A DNA stretch of 54,221 nucleotides from Parcubacteria bacterium C7867-002 (GTDB lineage: Bacteria; Patescibacteriota; Minisyncoccia; Phycocordibacterales; PALSA-1337). Numbering within the stretch: position 1 is the stretch's first letter; each line of letters opens with the position of its first letter. Location: assembly GCA_001189105.1 (NCBI GenBank), contig LFCL01000009.1, forward strand, positions 1 to 54,221, written 5' to 3'. Positions 9,332 to 17,802 of the stretch are shown in pieces. The notes below the pieces were generated by a model, which ran no database searches, was not told the DNA's origin, and worked only from the letters and a program-made list of their open reading frames with translations. The translations under genes were made by a program, and so were the position numbers.

Positions 9332-10355
9332 TGCGATACCTATCGATATCCTCTAGAATAATACCTGCGCCACGTGCGATGGCAGTCAGGGGTTCATCGA
9401 CCACAGTCACGGGAAGCTTGAACGTATGTGACAACAATTCATCCAATCCTTTGATCAAAGCTCCTCCGCCCACGAGATACATACCACGTCGCATAATGTC
9501 GGCCAAAATTTCCGGAGGAGTCGTTTCCAGAACTTCCCGAGTCGCGTCGATCAGGACACTAATAGACTGACCCATGGCTTCGCGAATATCGGAATCAGTG
9601 ATAACTACTTCACGTGGTAGACCGGTGATCAGATCGCGTCCACGGATCGTTGTTTCAATGGGATTACCTGGCACCACTGCTCCTACGGCAATCTTTACTT
9701 GTTCGGCCGTGGTCTCACCGATCAAAATTTTAAATTCATTACGAATATAGGAAATAATATCTGCATTGAGTTTGTCTCCAGCGACACGCAAACTCTTTGA
9801 ACGGACAATGCCACCAAGAGATATAACGGCAATATCCGTAGTACCTCCACCGATATCGACAATCATGCTACCAACTGGTTCATGAATCGGGAGACGAATA
9901 CCGATGGCCCCGGCCATTGGCTGTTCAACTATATACACCTGACGAGCACCCGCATTGCGTGTTGCATCACGAACAGCACGAGCTTCTACGTTGGTAACCC
10001 CTGCAGGGATTCCCACTACAACACGAGGTCCCAATAATTTCTTTGGCAAAAATTCACCCGCACGCTTCATGAGGTAGGCGAGCATTTCTTCGGTCACTTC
10101 GAAATCAGAGATCACTCCATCAACGAGTGGGCGGATAGCGGTGATGTGTTGCGGTGTACGACCGAGCATCTCTTTTGCGGCAGTACCGATAGCCACGACT
10201 TGGCCAGTCTTTTGATTGACTGCAACAACAGATGGTTCGTTCACGACGATACCCTTATTACGCACATACACGAGTGTATTTGCAGTGCCCAAGTCGATAC
10301 CAATCTCATTGGAGAATCGGTTCAAAAATTTTTCGATGTATTCCTTGAACTCCAT
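9288..10355 (-). CDS. mreB: Rod shape-determining actin homologue MreB
   Basis: IGIDLGTANTLVY, DIGGGTTDIAV and LVGGGALIKGLD actin-fold motifs. Confidence 0.95.
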   Translation of the reverse strand: MEFKEYIEKFLNRFSNEIGIDLGTANTLVYVRNKGIVVNEPSVVAVNQKTGQVVAIGTAAKEMLGRTPQHITAIRPLVDGVISDFEVTEEMLAYLMKRAGEFLPKKLLGPRVVVGIPAGVTNVEARAVRDATRNAGARQVYIVEQPMAGAIGIRLPIHEPVGSMIVDIGGGTTDIAVISLGGIVRSKSLRVAGDKLNADIISYIRNEFKILIGETTAEQVKIAVGAVVPGNPIETTIRGRDLITGLPREVVITDSDIREAMGQSISVLIDATREVLETTPPEILADIMRRGMYLVGGGALIKGLDELLSHTFKLPVTVVDEPLTAIARGAGIILEDIDRYRSVLIHSEDDLSANQ

Positions 10356-10510
10356 GTGGGAACATTACCATAAAGTTGAAATGTCCAGGAATTGACATGT
10401 GTAAGTAAAGATGGCAGTACGGCTTTTCCTCTCGGCTATTTATTTTTTAACGAGGTTTGTTATGATGAGGAAGGAAAGGAGGTGATCGTCTCAAACAGTA
10501 AATAATCTAA

Positions 10511-10540
10511 GCGCTGACCCAATAAGGCCTGGGTCGGCGC
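10511..10540 (-). terminator. Intrinsic terminator downstream of proS (hairpin usable on both strands)
   Basis: GCGCTGACCCA-ATAAGGCC-TGGGTCGGCGC, an 11-bp stem with T-rich tracts on both sides. Confidence 0.65.
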
Positions 10541-10547
10541 TTCTTTT

Positions 10548-11783
10548 TTACAAACTCTCCACCTTCATCATCTCCACCTTCCCTGTTGCACGATCTTTTG
10601 TTTCTACAGAATCCTGTGCCAAGGTTTTTTCACTCATAACAATACGCTGTGGAATACCGATGAGATCTGAGTCTGAGAATTTTTCTCCTGCACCGGAATC
10701 ACGATCATCATAGAGAACTTCAACACCTTTTGTGGTCAGACGTTCATAGAGCTCATCTGCGGCAGCTTTCACTTTTCCTTCTTTATCAAACAAAGCGATC
10801 AGGTGCACAGCAAAAGGTGCAACTGCATCTGGCCACTTGAGACCTTTTTCATCAGACCACATCTCGGCGATTGTTCCCATGACTCGAGATGGACCGATAC
10901 CATAACTTCCCATCACCACTGACTTTGAAGTCCCTTCTGCATCTTTGTACGTAAGCCCAAATGCATCTGAGAAACGGGTACCGAGACTAAAGATATTTCC
11001 CACTTCGATAGCTTTTTTTTCTTGAAGATCGGCACGAGCAATACCGAGGTCCGCAAGCACTTCATCATTGAGCACTTCTTTGTTGACCGCAATGCGTTTC
11101 CCTTCGTGAACATAGATCACATCCTCACCTGCTTCAGAGAGCGTCTGGAATTCATGAGAATATTTTGCAAACGATCCACCACTGGCGAACGTAACGTACG
11201 TCTCACCTCCAATACCTAAACGATCAAAAATACGACGATATGCTTGTTTGGCACTTTCGTACACGTTCATATGTTCTGCATCATCGGTAGAAAAAGAATA
11301 CAGATCCTTCATCAAAAATTCACGACCACGGAGAATACCCGACTTTGCACGAGCTTCATTGCGGAACTTTGTTTGAAATTGATATGCCAAGACAGGAAGA
11401 TCGCGGAACGAACGAATGTGTTCACGCATCAGGACAGTGAGAGGTTCCTCATGAGTAAATCCTAAGCCAAGTTCGGTATCATTTTTGAGGTGTGTCTTGA
11501 ACCAAATGTCGACATTACGATCATCCCAGCGACCTGTTGTTTCCCAGACTTTCTTGTCCTGCAATGCCGTCAGTTGCAATTCCTGGCCTCCAATAGAATT
11601 CATCTCTTCACGAATCACACCGACAATCTTATTGAGCGTACGCAAACCAAGAGGTAAAAAAGAATAGACTCCCGCCATATCTTTTGATATATATCCTGCA
11701 CGAATCAGGAGGTCAGCGTTTTTTGATACTTCATCCTTGGGCGCTTCGCGACGAGTGCGGGTAAAGAGGTGTGATTGTTTCAT
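10548..11783 (-). CDS. proS: Prolyl-tRNA synthetase (short form without an editing insertion)
   Basis: N-terminus MKQSHLFTRTRREAPKDE, typical of ProRS. Class II motifs (FRDE-like FRNEARAKSGILRGREF) and a C-terminal anticodon-binding domain are present. ATG at 11783 is preferred over the TTG at 11807. Confidence 0.9.
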   Translation of the reverse strand: MKQSHLFTRTRREAPKDEVSKNADLLIRAGYISKDMAGVYSFLPLGLRTLNKIVGVIREEMNSIGGQELQLTALQDKKVWETTGRWDDRNVDIWFKTHLKNDTELGLGFTHEEPLTVLMREHIRSFRDLPVLAYQFQTKFRNEARAKSGILRGREFLMKDLYSFSTDDAEHMNVYESAKQAYRRIFDRLGIGGETYVTFASGGSFAKYSHEFQTLSEAGEDVIYVHEGKRIAVNKEVLNDEVLADLGIARADLQEKKAIEVGNIFSLGTRFSDAFGLTYKDAEGTSKSVVMGSYGIGPSRVMGTIAEMWSDEKGLKWPDAVAPFAVHLIALFDKEGKVKAAADELYERLTTKGVEVLYDDRDSGAGEKFSDSDLIGIPQRIVMSEKTLAQDSVETKDRATGKVEMMKVESL

Positions 11784-11822
11784 GGAGAGAATAATACAGG
11801 AAAACAATCGTAAAGACGAGTC

Positions 11823-12068
11823 TTATGAATCAAGACTTTTTTGAATGAATTCTTTTGAAGATATTTGAGCTTGTCTCAATATACTCTTAAAAGTCCCGAT
11901 AAATACCTCTTTATGAAGAGGTATGATGGTCGTTATTTTAATTCCCTCACTCTTTTTCGACATTTTTACATGACTCCCGGAGATTCCGATCTGTGTAAAT
12001 CCAAAGTACTTTGAGAGAATGTGTACGATCTCTTTCCCAGAGAACGTTTTAGACATGAGAAACCTCAA
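11823..12068 (-). CDS. hicA: HicA-family toxin (mRNA interferase)
   Basis: 81 aa with the HicA/YcfA pattern (GKEIVHILSKYFGF...SGSHVKM...IPLHKE). It overlaps hicB by 20 nt. Confidence 0.8.
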   Translation of the reverse strand: MRFLMSKTFSGKEIVHILSKYFGFTQIGISGSHVKMSKKSEGIKITTIIPLHKEVFIGTFKSILRQAQISSKEFIQKSLDS

Positions 12069-12297
12069 ATGTTTTTAAAATGGAAGAATTGGCACGAGCA
12101 TCAGAGTACACAGACAACTCTTCGGTTGTCATATCTTCTATGAATAACCCCACCGCTTCTTTGATGTTTTTTTCAGCTTCACTCAAGTCTACCCCTTGAC
12201 TGGCCACGCCTAATTCGGGACACAGTACACTGTATCCTCCTTTTTCTTTGGTAAAAACGGCACTAAAGATATATTTCACAAATGTATGATACCACAT
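12049..12297 (-). CDS. hicB: HicB-family antitoxin (UPF0150 fold)
   Basis: 82 aa: FTKEKGGYSVLCPELGVASQGVDLSEAEKNIKEAV. It is paired with hicA. Confidence 0.75.
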   Translation of the reverse strand: MWYHTFVKYIFSAVFTKEKGGYSVLCPELGVASQGVDLSEAEKNIKEAVGLFIEDMTTEELSVYSDARANSSILKTFEVSHV

Positions 12298-12354
12298 AGA
12301 ATGTATGTTAATTGATACCCCTACATCCTATATGATGAAAATGAAATCCGTATA

Positions 12355-12382
12355 AAGAAAGTCTCAAGAAACGCTGAAGATT
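12355..12382 (-). promoter_or_regulatory. 28-nt conserved intergenic motif (copy 1), upstream of hicBA
   Basis: AAGAAAGTCTCAAGAAACGCTGAAGATT is identical to 53575-53602. On the - strand it contains TTGAGA (-35-like) and ends 57 nt upstream of the hicB ATG. Confidence 0.45.
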
Positions 12383-13455
12383 TACCAAAACATTTTTACA
12401 ATATCTTTGTACGTGACCACCACCATCAACAGCATGAGTAATGAAAAACCGACAAGGTTCACCGCGTTAGCAAAACTCATAGGAATACGACGACGGATAC
12501 ATGCTTCAATAATCACAAAGAGAAGGCGTCCGCCATCAAGTGCAGGAAACGGTATAAGATTGATAACTCCTAAATTAATAGAGATCAGCGCAGTAATCAT
12601 CAAGAGATACGTGAATCCAAGATCCGCAGCATCACCGACAATACCTGCGATACCGATCGGTCCGGTTACCGACGCAAAATCAGCTGCACCCTTGAATATA
12701 CTTCCAAAGAAATCCCATAATCCAATCACCGTCAATTTCATCATTCCCCAGGTATATGCAAACCCTTCGGTAATAGCAGTACCGACCGGCAATTGTAATG
12801 TACCGACCGTATCCATAGAAATACCGATAGCGTATTTATCAGCCACAATACCTGTTACCGGAGTCACCATCGATGTCTGAGCAACTTCATCACGTACATA
12901 GGCAATGGATATAGGCTTCCCTCCACTTTCATGTATCATGTCCTGTACAGACTCAATGGATTCTGACGTAGTAAGTACATCCCCCGTCTTGAGACCTGCA
13001 GTTTCCGCAGGAGAACCCGGAGCTACATAGGTCACCATAATGCGTTGATTTTCAAAACGGTCCGCATGTTTTTCAAAACCAGAAGTAGTAGCAGTTACCC
13101 CGACACTAAATACAATTATGTATAAGAGGGCAGCAAATATAAAATTAAAAAATACACCAGCTACCAAGACAACCGCCTGTTGCCAGCGTGGTTTGTTGAC
13201 GAAACTGCGGTGTGAGTGAGGACCATTCAATGATTCTTCATTTGGATTTTCTCCAAAGATTTTTACGTACCCACCAAATGGAATTGCATTGAGAGCATAT
13301 TCTGTTTCTTTCCTTCTCCAGGAAATCAACCGAGGACCAAAGCCCAGAGCGAATGCATCAACACGAATACCACATGCCCGAGCAGCCAAAAAATGTCCAA
13401 GTTCATGGACGAAAATCAAAATCGCAAGGACTATGAGAAATATAAGTGCTGTCAT
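12382..13455 (-). CDS. rseP: Site-2 protease RseP (M50 zinc metalloprotease with PDZ domain)
   Basis: HELGHF zinc motif, a PDZ segment (GSPAETAGLKTGD) and NLIPFPALDGG. Confidence 0.9.
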   Translation of the reverse strand: MTALIFLIVLAILIFVHELGHFLAARACGIRVDAFALGFGPRLISWRRKETEYALNAIPFGGYVKIFGENPNEESLNGPHSHRSFVNKPRWQQAVVLVAGVFFNFIFAALLYIIVFSVGVTATTSGFEKHADRFENQRIMVTYVAPGSPAETAGLKTGDVLTTSESIESVQDMIHESGGKPISIAYVRDEVAQTSMVTPVTGIVADKYAIGISMDTVGTLQLPVGTAITEGFAYTWGMMKLTVIGLWDFFGSIFKGAADFASVTGPIGIAGIVGDAADLGFTYLLMITALISINLGVINLIPFPALDGGRLLFVIIEACIRRRIPMSFANAVNLVGFSLLMLLMVVVTYKDIVKMFW

Positions 13456-13474
13456 TTACTATTACTGATTACTT

Positions 13475-14026
13475 TTATCCTAGTATCTCCTTCTCCTTCT
13501 TTGCATATGCGGCCTCGAGCTTTTTATTGGCCTCATCGACAATCTTTTGAACCTCGTTTTTCAGACGGAAAATCTCGTCTTTGCCCATGCCTCCTTCTTT
13601 TTCCTTGTTCTGGAGATCCTTGATGATTACATCACGATGCTGGCGTACCTGCTTACGAGCATCCTCAAGTTTGTCTTTTGCCATCTTAGCAATCTCTGCA
13701 CGACGCTCCGCAGTAAGGTCTGGAAAACTAATACGCAAACCCTGATCATCGACAGATACGGATAAGCCGAGGTTGGCGGCAGTGATAGCCTTCTCAACTT
13801 CTTTTGTCTGAGTCTTGTCCCAAGGAGAAACACGGAGACTACGAGCACCTTCGATCATCACACTGGCGACCTCCTTGAGAGCCAAAGGTGCGCCGTAAAC
13901 CTCAACTTGGACACCATCGAGCACCGCAGGACTGGCTTGTCCCGTTCGAATAGACGCAGCTTCTTTCTTGAACCACTCTTCAGTGGATATAAGTTCTTTT
14001 TTAAATGATGAAAAATCGTATGCCAT
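13475..14026 (-). CDS. frr: Ribosome recycling factor
   Basis: RRF signature (IRTGQASPAVLDGV...SPWD...AIxxANLG...). ATG at 14026 is preferred over the GTG at 14044. Confidence 0.95.
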   Translation of the reverse strand: MAYDFSSFKKELISTEEWFKKEAASIRTGQASPAVLDGVQVEVYGAPLALKEVASVMIEGARSLRVSPWDKTQTKEVEKAITAANLGLSVSVDDQGLRISFPDLTAERRAEIAKMAKDKLEDARKQVRQHRDVIIKDLQNKEKEGGMGKDEIFRLKNEVQKIVDEANKKLEAAYAKKEKEILG

Positions 14027-14055
14027 ATATACGTATGCTATCACAAGTATGACTT

Positions 14056-14727
14056 TTATACACTCAAGGCCACAGATTCCAGGAGCATTTTCAATGAAGG
14101 GGCCCTGTCGCTGCTGTATTTCTTGGCTATATCGAGCGCTCGCAGAGCCGCAGCGGCTTTGGCAACTCCTTTTCGAGTATACAATGCCGCTTCTATATCA
14201 TGGAGCAATTGAATAGCATGTTGTTTGGTTTTCTTTTCTTTGGAAATATCATCCAGTAAACCTTTTATCATATCCAGCCTCTTTGCCACTGATAATTTCA
14301 GAAATTTTTCTCCTTCGCCGGTCGTTTCTTTCTCTGAGGCAGTTTCGATCGGGATCATGCGCGACTTTACCGTAGGTAACAACAGATGTCCCGAGGGAAT
14401 AATTAAAAAGAAGTAGGCATATTCCGCAGGTTCTTCGAGAAGTTTCAAAAGTGCATTCTGTGCTTCGATCGTAATACCATCCATTGAGATGATAAAAATC
14501 TTTTTTCCTGAACTATGCACGGGGCGCACACCATGCATTTCCCGTAACTGACGTGAATCATCGATAGTGAACGTCTCATAAAAAGCGTCGAAGAAATCAG
14601 GATTCCCCTGTGAAGCAATCTCGTGCACATCCTCAAGCACAGTTTTTAATTCTGCGCGCAATATGTCGGAACCAATGAGGTAATGAGAGTGGTGGGAGAG
14701 GTATGGGAGGGAAAAGGAGAGTTTCAT
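14056..14727 (-). CDS. holB: DNA polymerase III delta-prime-like clamp-loader subunit
   Basis: QNALLKLLEEPAEYAYFFLI and PTVKSRM motifs. The internal ATG at 14727 is preferred, because the 61-aa extension to 14910 is low quality and spans a perfect hairpin. Confidence 0.7.
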   Translation of the reverse strand: MKLSFSLPYLSHHSHYLIGSDILRAELKTVLEDVHEIASQGNPDFFDAFYETFTIDDSRQLREMHGVRPVHSSGKKIFIISMDGITIEAQNALLKLLEEPAEYAYFFLIIPSGHLLLPTVKSRMIPIETASEKETTGEGEKFLKLSVAKRLDMIKGLLDDISKEKKTKQHAIQLLHDIEAALYTRKGVAKAAAALRALDIAKKYSSDRAPSLKMLLESVALSV

Positions 14728-14778
14728 GAGTACATAGTAATCAGTAAACCGTAAACTGTAAACTGAGGTAAGAAGAAA

Positions 14779-14808
14779 GAGCTCACATCGACGAATCGAT
14801 GTGAGCTC
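14779..14808. repeat. Perfect 13-bp hairpin with a CGAA loop in the holB upstream region
   Basis: GAGCTCACATCGA-CGAA-TCGATGTGAGCTC. On the - strand it is followed by TTTCTTCTT. Confidence 0.8.
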
Positions 14809-15115
14809 AGGTAGAACTTTTGCGTTACCACAAAAGTGAACAGTTTGAATGGCGTCATGTTCAGGACACCCTACTTTGTATACGCTCAGATCAAAGACCT
14901 GACGGGTCACGCATTCGTTCTCAGAAAGGACCAGTTTTCAAGAACTATCGCTGTCATACACAACACCAAAGGATCCGCGAAACGATTTCTCTGGCACATA
15001 CATCATATCACACTCTCAGTTTTTGTCAACTTCTCTATATTGCAATTATCATATTAGTATGGTATTGTTTTTTCAGAGTTTTCAACAAAAACAATCCAAA
15101 ACTGAAAGAATAACA

Positions 15116-16396
15116 ATGAAATTAGCCTTTGATCCTTTCCAATTCAATCTCGCAACTCAAAACAGCATCCCTATCCACTGGAAAAACATTCCATGGATTA
15201 ACGGTTTCGTGTATCTCCGTCTAGCATTGACTGTTGGCGGACGGCATGATCCGGTAGGCCAGGAAGGTTTGGCTCATTTTCTTGAGCACCTCCCTTTCAA
15301 TGGCTGTGCCGGGTATCCAACACAAACTGCAGTTGAAGAAGCTGATCGAAGTATTTTCCAAGACACATTGGGTGCTAATACTGGCTTCGACAGAACAATG
15401 TATCACGCCAAAGTGGCGACAGAGAAACTGGTACGAGGAATGGACTTTCTCCATCACTTCTTAGTTTCTCCCCTTCTAGATCCCAAGGAAACTGAACGGG
15501 AGCGCGGAGTAATTACCCAAGAAATTTGGCGAGCATTCGAGTCTCCTCAAAAAGAAAAATTGGGAAGAAATCTGCAAAAACTGAAATATGGAAACCATCC
15601 GTTTAGTCGTCAGAAGCGGGTACTTGGTTGGCACGATAGTGTCGAAAAGATAACTTGCAGCGATTTACAGAGATTCCATGACACATACTATCGGAGTGGA
15701 AATATGAGAATCATCCTCGTCGGTGACGTCACACAAGCAACTCTCGCTGATCTGGATAAATTCACTGGTTCTTTACCAAAAGGAAAATCTGTGGAACCGC
15801 CACCAAACATTAGTTCCTGGCCAAAACCCACCGTGCCAGAACTCCTCGTATCGGTCGGCGATTACTATGGAGTAAAAGGTGAGTCTCTCCCAAAAAAGAC
15901 GGTACTCAACATATTCGCTGGCATGCCACGCCTCGAAAACCCGAGAATTCCTTCTGTGGCTCGTTCTATACTGAGGCAACTTCTCTTCAATCGTATCCGC
16001 AGCACGTTAGGTGCGACATACTCCCCTCACGTTGGAGTAAGCACTTTTTCAGATCACTCTTCCTTCCATATCGATCTTGAAATCGCACCTGACACACTGC
16101 AGGCGGTTCGCGAAATTATCTCCACAAGTATTGCCGAACTTGCTTCCGGAGATTTACAACATCAGATACTTTTCCAGGAACTTAAAATAACAACCCGGGA
16201 AAATAACCTGTATTACGACTCATCAGCTGATGATATTGCTGATGATGCCATGGAAGAGTTGATTGATACCGGTTCTATCAAATCCCTTCGAGAGGATCTT
16301 GAGAACATCGATGATGTTTGCTATACGGATGTCGCTCAATTCTTCTCAACACACTTACAACCGGATCAACTCTTTTGGAGCATCATGACTCCCTAA
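15116..16396 (+). CDS. M16-family zinc peptidase (pitrilysin-like)
   Basis: Inverted zinc motif HxxEH (HFLEHLPF), plus a downstream Glu region. ATG at 15116 (MKLAFDPF) is preferred. Confidence 0.85.
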   Translation: MKLAFDPFQFNLATQNSIPIHWKNIPWINGFVYLRLALTVGGRHDPVGQEGLAHFLEHLPFNGCAGYPTQTAVEEADRSIFQDTLGANTGFDRTMYHAKVATEKLVRGMDFLHHFLVSPLLDPKETERERGVITQEIWRAFESPQKEKLGRNLQKLKYGNHPFSRQKRVLGWHDSVEKITCSDLQRFHDTYYRSGNMRIILVGDVTQATLADLDKFTGSLPKGKSVEPPPNISSWPKPTVPELLVSVGDYYGVKGESLPKKTVLNIFAGMPRLENPRIPSVARSILRQLLFNRIRSTLGATYSPHVGVSTFSDHSSFHIDLEIAPDTLQAVREIISTSIAELASGDLQHQILFQELKITTRENNLYYDSSADDIADDAMEELIDTGSIKSLREDLENIDDVCYTDVAQFFSTHLQPDQLFWSIMTP

Positions 16397-16410
16397 GCTT
16401 TGTTCCCTCA

Positions 16411-16439
16411 CCCCCCCTGCCACTTACCTGGCGGGGGGA
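16411..16439 (+). terminator. Intrinsic terminator after the M16 peptidase gene
   Basis: GC-rich hairpin CCCCCCCTGCCA...TGGCGGGGGG followed by ATTTTTATTTT. Confidence 0.7.
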
Positions 16440-16449
16440 TTTTTATTTT

Positions 16450-17463
16450 CTACCTCTTCGAAATAATTGTCTTCTTGTATACATCCAAATGTTCCAACGC
16501 TATACCTGTCCCCTTTACGACACACAACAACGGTTCTTCGGCCAATTGTGCTTTGACGCCCGTACGACGAAAAATGAGTTCAGGTAAATTGCGTAAGAGA
16601 GATGATCCGCCCGTCATCATGATACCTCGATCAATAATATCGGCAGCCAACTCAGGAGGAGTTTCCTGCAACACATCTTTGATCGACTTGATCATATCGC
16701 GTAAAGGAGTAGCCAAGGCTTTTACAATTTCATTGGTTTTAATTTCGGTCGAACGAGGCATTCCGGAAATAAAATCTCGGCCCTTTACGATCATAGCCAA
16801 TTCTTGATCGAGTGGAATTGCGGAGCCAATAGTGATTTTGATGAGTTCAGCCATATGATCTCCGATGGCTAAATTAAATGTTTTCTTTACATAATCAGCA
16901 ATCGCTGCATCCATCTTGTCTCCGGCAACCTTTACTGAAGTTGATGCCACAATACCGCCGAGCGAGATCACCGCCACGTCAGTTGTACCTCCGCCAATAT
17001 CAGTGATCATGTGACCACGTGGTTCATGAATCGGAATTCCGGCACCAATTGCTGCCAAGATAGGTTCTTTCACTACGAATGCACTACGTGCACCGGCACG
17101 TAAGGCTGCTTCGACAACCGCACGACGTTCGGTTGATGTGATTCCAGCGGGAACCGAAACCATGACTTCGGGTTTGAAGAGAGCATATCTACCAAGGGCT
17201 TTGTCGATGAAGTAACGAAGCATTGCTTCGGTGACACGATAATCAGCAATGACTCCGTCCTTGATCGGACGATACGCCACAATTGAATCAGGAGTGCGAC
17301 CGACCATTTCTTTGGCTTCGTTCCCGACAGCCAACACCTTGCGATCCACTTCGGACACGGCGACAACTGATGGTTCGTTGAGAATAATTCCCCTTCCTGG
17401 CGAAAAAACAAGCGTATTTGCCGTTCCTAGATCAATACCAAGTTTAGGAGAAAAGAAACTCAT
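16450..17463 (-). CDS. mreB: Second MreB-family actin homologue
   Basis: 337 aa: LGIDLGTANTLVF, DIGGGTTDVAV, MTGGSSLLRNL. It is a paralog of 9288-10355. Confidence 0.9.
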   Translation of the reverse strand: MSFFSPKLGIDLGTANTLVFSPGRGIILNEPSVVAVSEVDRKVLAVGNEAKEMVGRTPDSIVAYRPIKDGVIADYRVTEAMLRYFIDKALGRYALFKPEVMVSVPAGITSTERRAVVEAALRAGARSAFVVKEPILAAIGAGIPIHEPRGHMITDIGGGTTDVAVISLGGIVASTSVKVAGDKMDAAIADYVKKTFNLAIGDHMAELIKITIGSAIPLDQELAMIVKGRDFISGMPRSTEIKTNEIVKALATPLRDMIKSIKDVLQETPPELAADIIDRGIMMTGGSSLLRNLPELIFRRTGVKAQLAEEPLLCVVKGTGIALEHLDVYKKTIISKR

Positions 17464-17523
17464 ATGCAGAGCGACTATATCACAAAATACCGGAAAAAAG
17501 CATCTTTAAAACTGATTTCTTAT

Positions 17524-17543
17524 GCATTTCTTGAGACTTTCTT
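17524..17543 (+). promoter_or_regulatory. Short copy (copy 3) of the conserved motif, upstream of the tRNA-like element
   Basis: GCATTTCTTGAGACTTTCTT matches the reverse complement of the 28-nt motif at 19/20 positions (17 of them contiguous). It ends 61 nt upstream of 17605. Confidence 0.4.
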
Positions 17544-17604
17544 AATCAAGATTTTATCTCGGCCTGATAAGCTACATATGCGGAAGATTAATTTCTTCCA
17601 GCGT

Positions 17605-17672
17605 GGGCCTAGGTGAGGTACCAGCTCCCTCTTGTCAGTTGGAGTGTGTGGGTTCGACTCCCACTAGGTCCA
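17605..17672 (+). ncRNA. tRNA-like element (canonical acceptor stem and T-arm, noncanonical core)
   Basis: GGGCCTA pairs with TAGGTCC (7 bp, one G:T). The T-arm GTGGG-TTCGACT-CCCAC is canonical. No 5-bp/7-nt anticodon arm can be drawn; the best fold is GCTCC/GGAGT with a 12-nt loop. Total length is 68 nt. Confidence 0.35.
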
Positions 17673-17762
17673 CAATTGAAAACATTGACTTTATTATAAA
17701 AAAAGAATACTATTATTCTATCTGACAAGGGGGAGGTTTGAACAACACATTCTAGACACAAT

Positions 17763-17787
17763 CCCGCTTCGGCGGGTTTTGTGTTTT
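17763..17787 (+). terminator. Intrinsic terminator (+ strand)
   Basis: CCCGC-TTCG-GCGGG followed by TTTTGTGTTTT. Confidence 0.6.
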
Positions 17788-17802
17788 ATACATTCCAATT
17801 TA

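Noticed and set aside
14728-14910. N-terminal extensions of the longest ORFs: holB to 14910, M16 to 15023, DoxX to 30369, the tandem GH130 to 43086, pilC to 52541, and the small pilin to 50187.
   Set aside because: The extensions overlap neighbouring genes or hairpins, are Cys/Arg/Trp-rich nonsense, and precede internal ATGs that give family-typical N-termini.
17464-17802. tmRNA (ssrA), suggested by the GGTTCGACTCC T-arm followed by an acceptor-like 3' strand.
   Set aside because: The only sequence able to pair with the 3' acceptor strand lies 55 nt upstream, giving a 68-nt molecule. No tag reading frame or pseudoknot-sized body is present.
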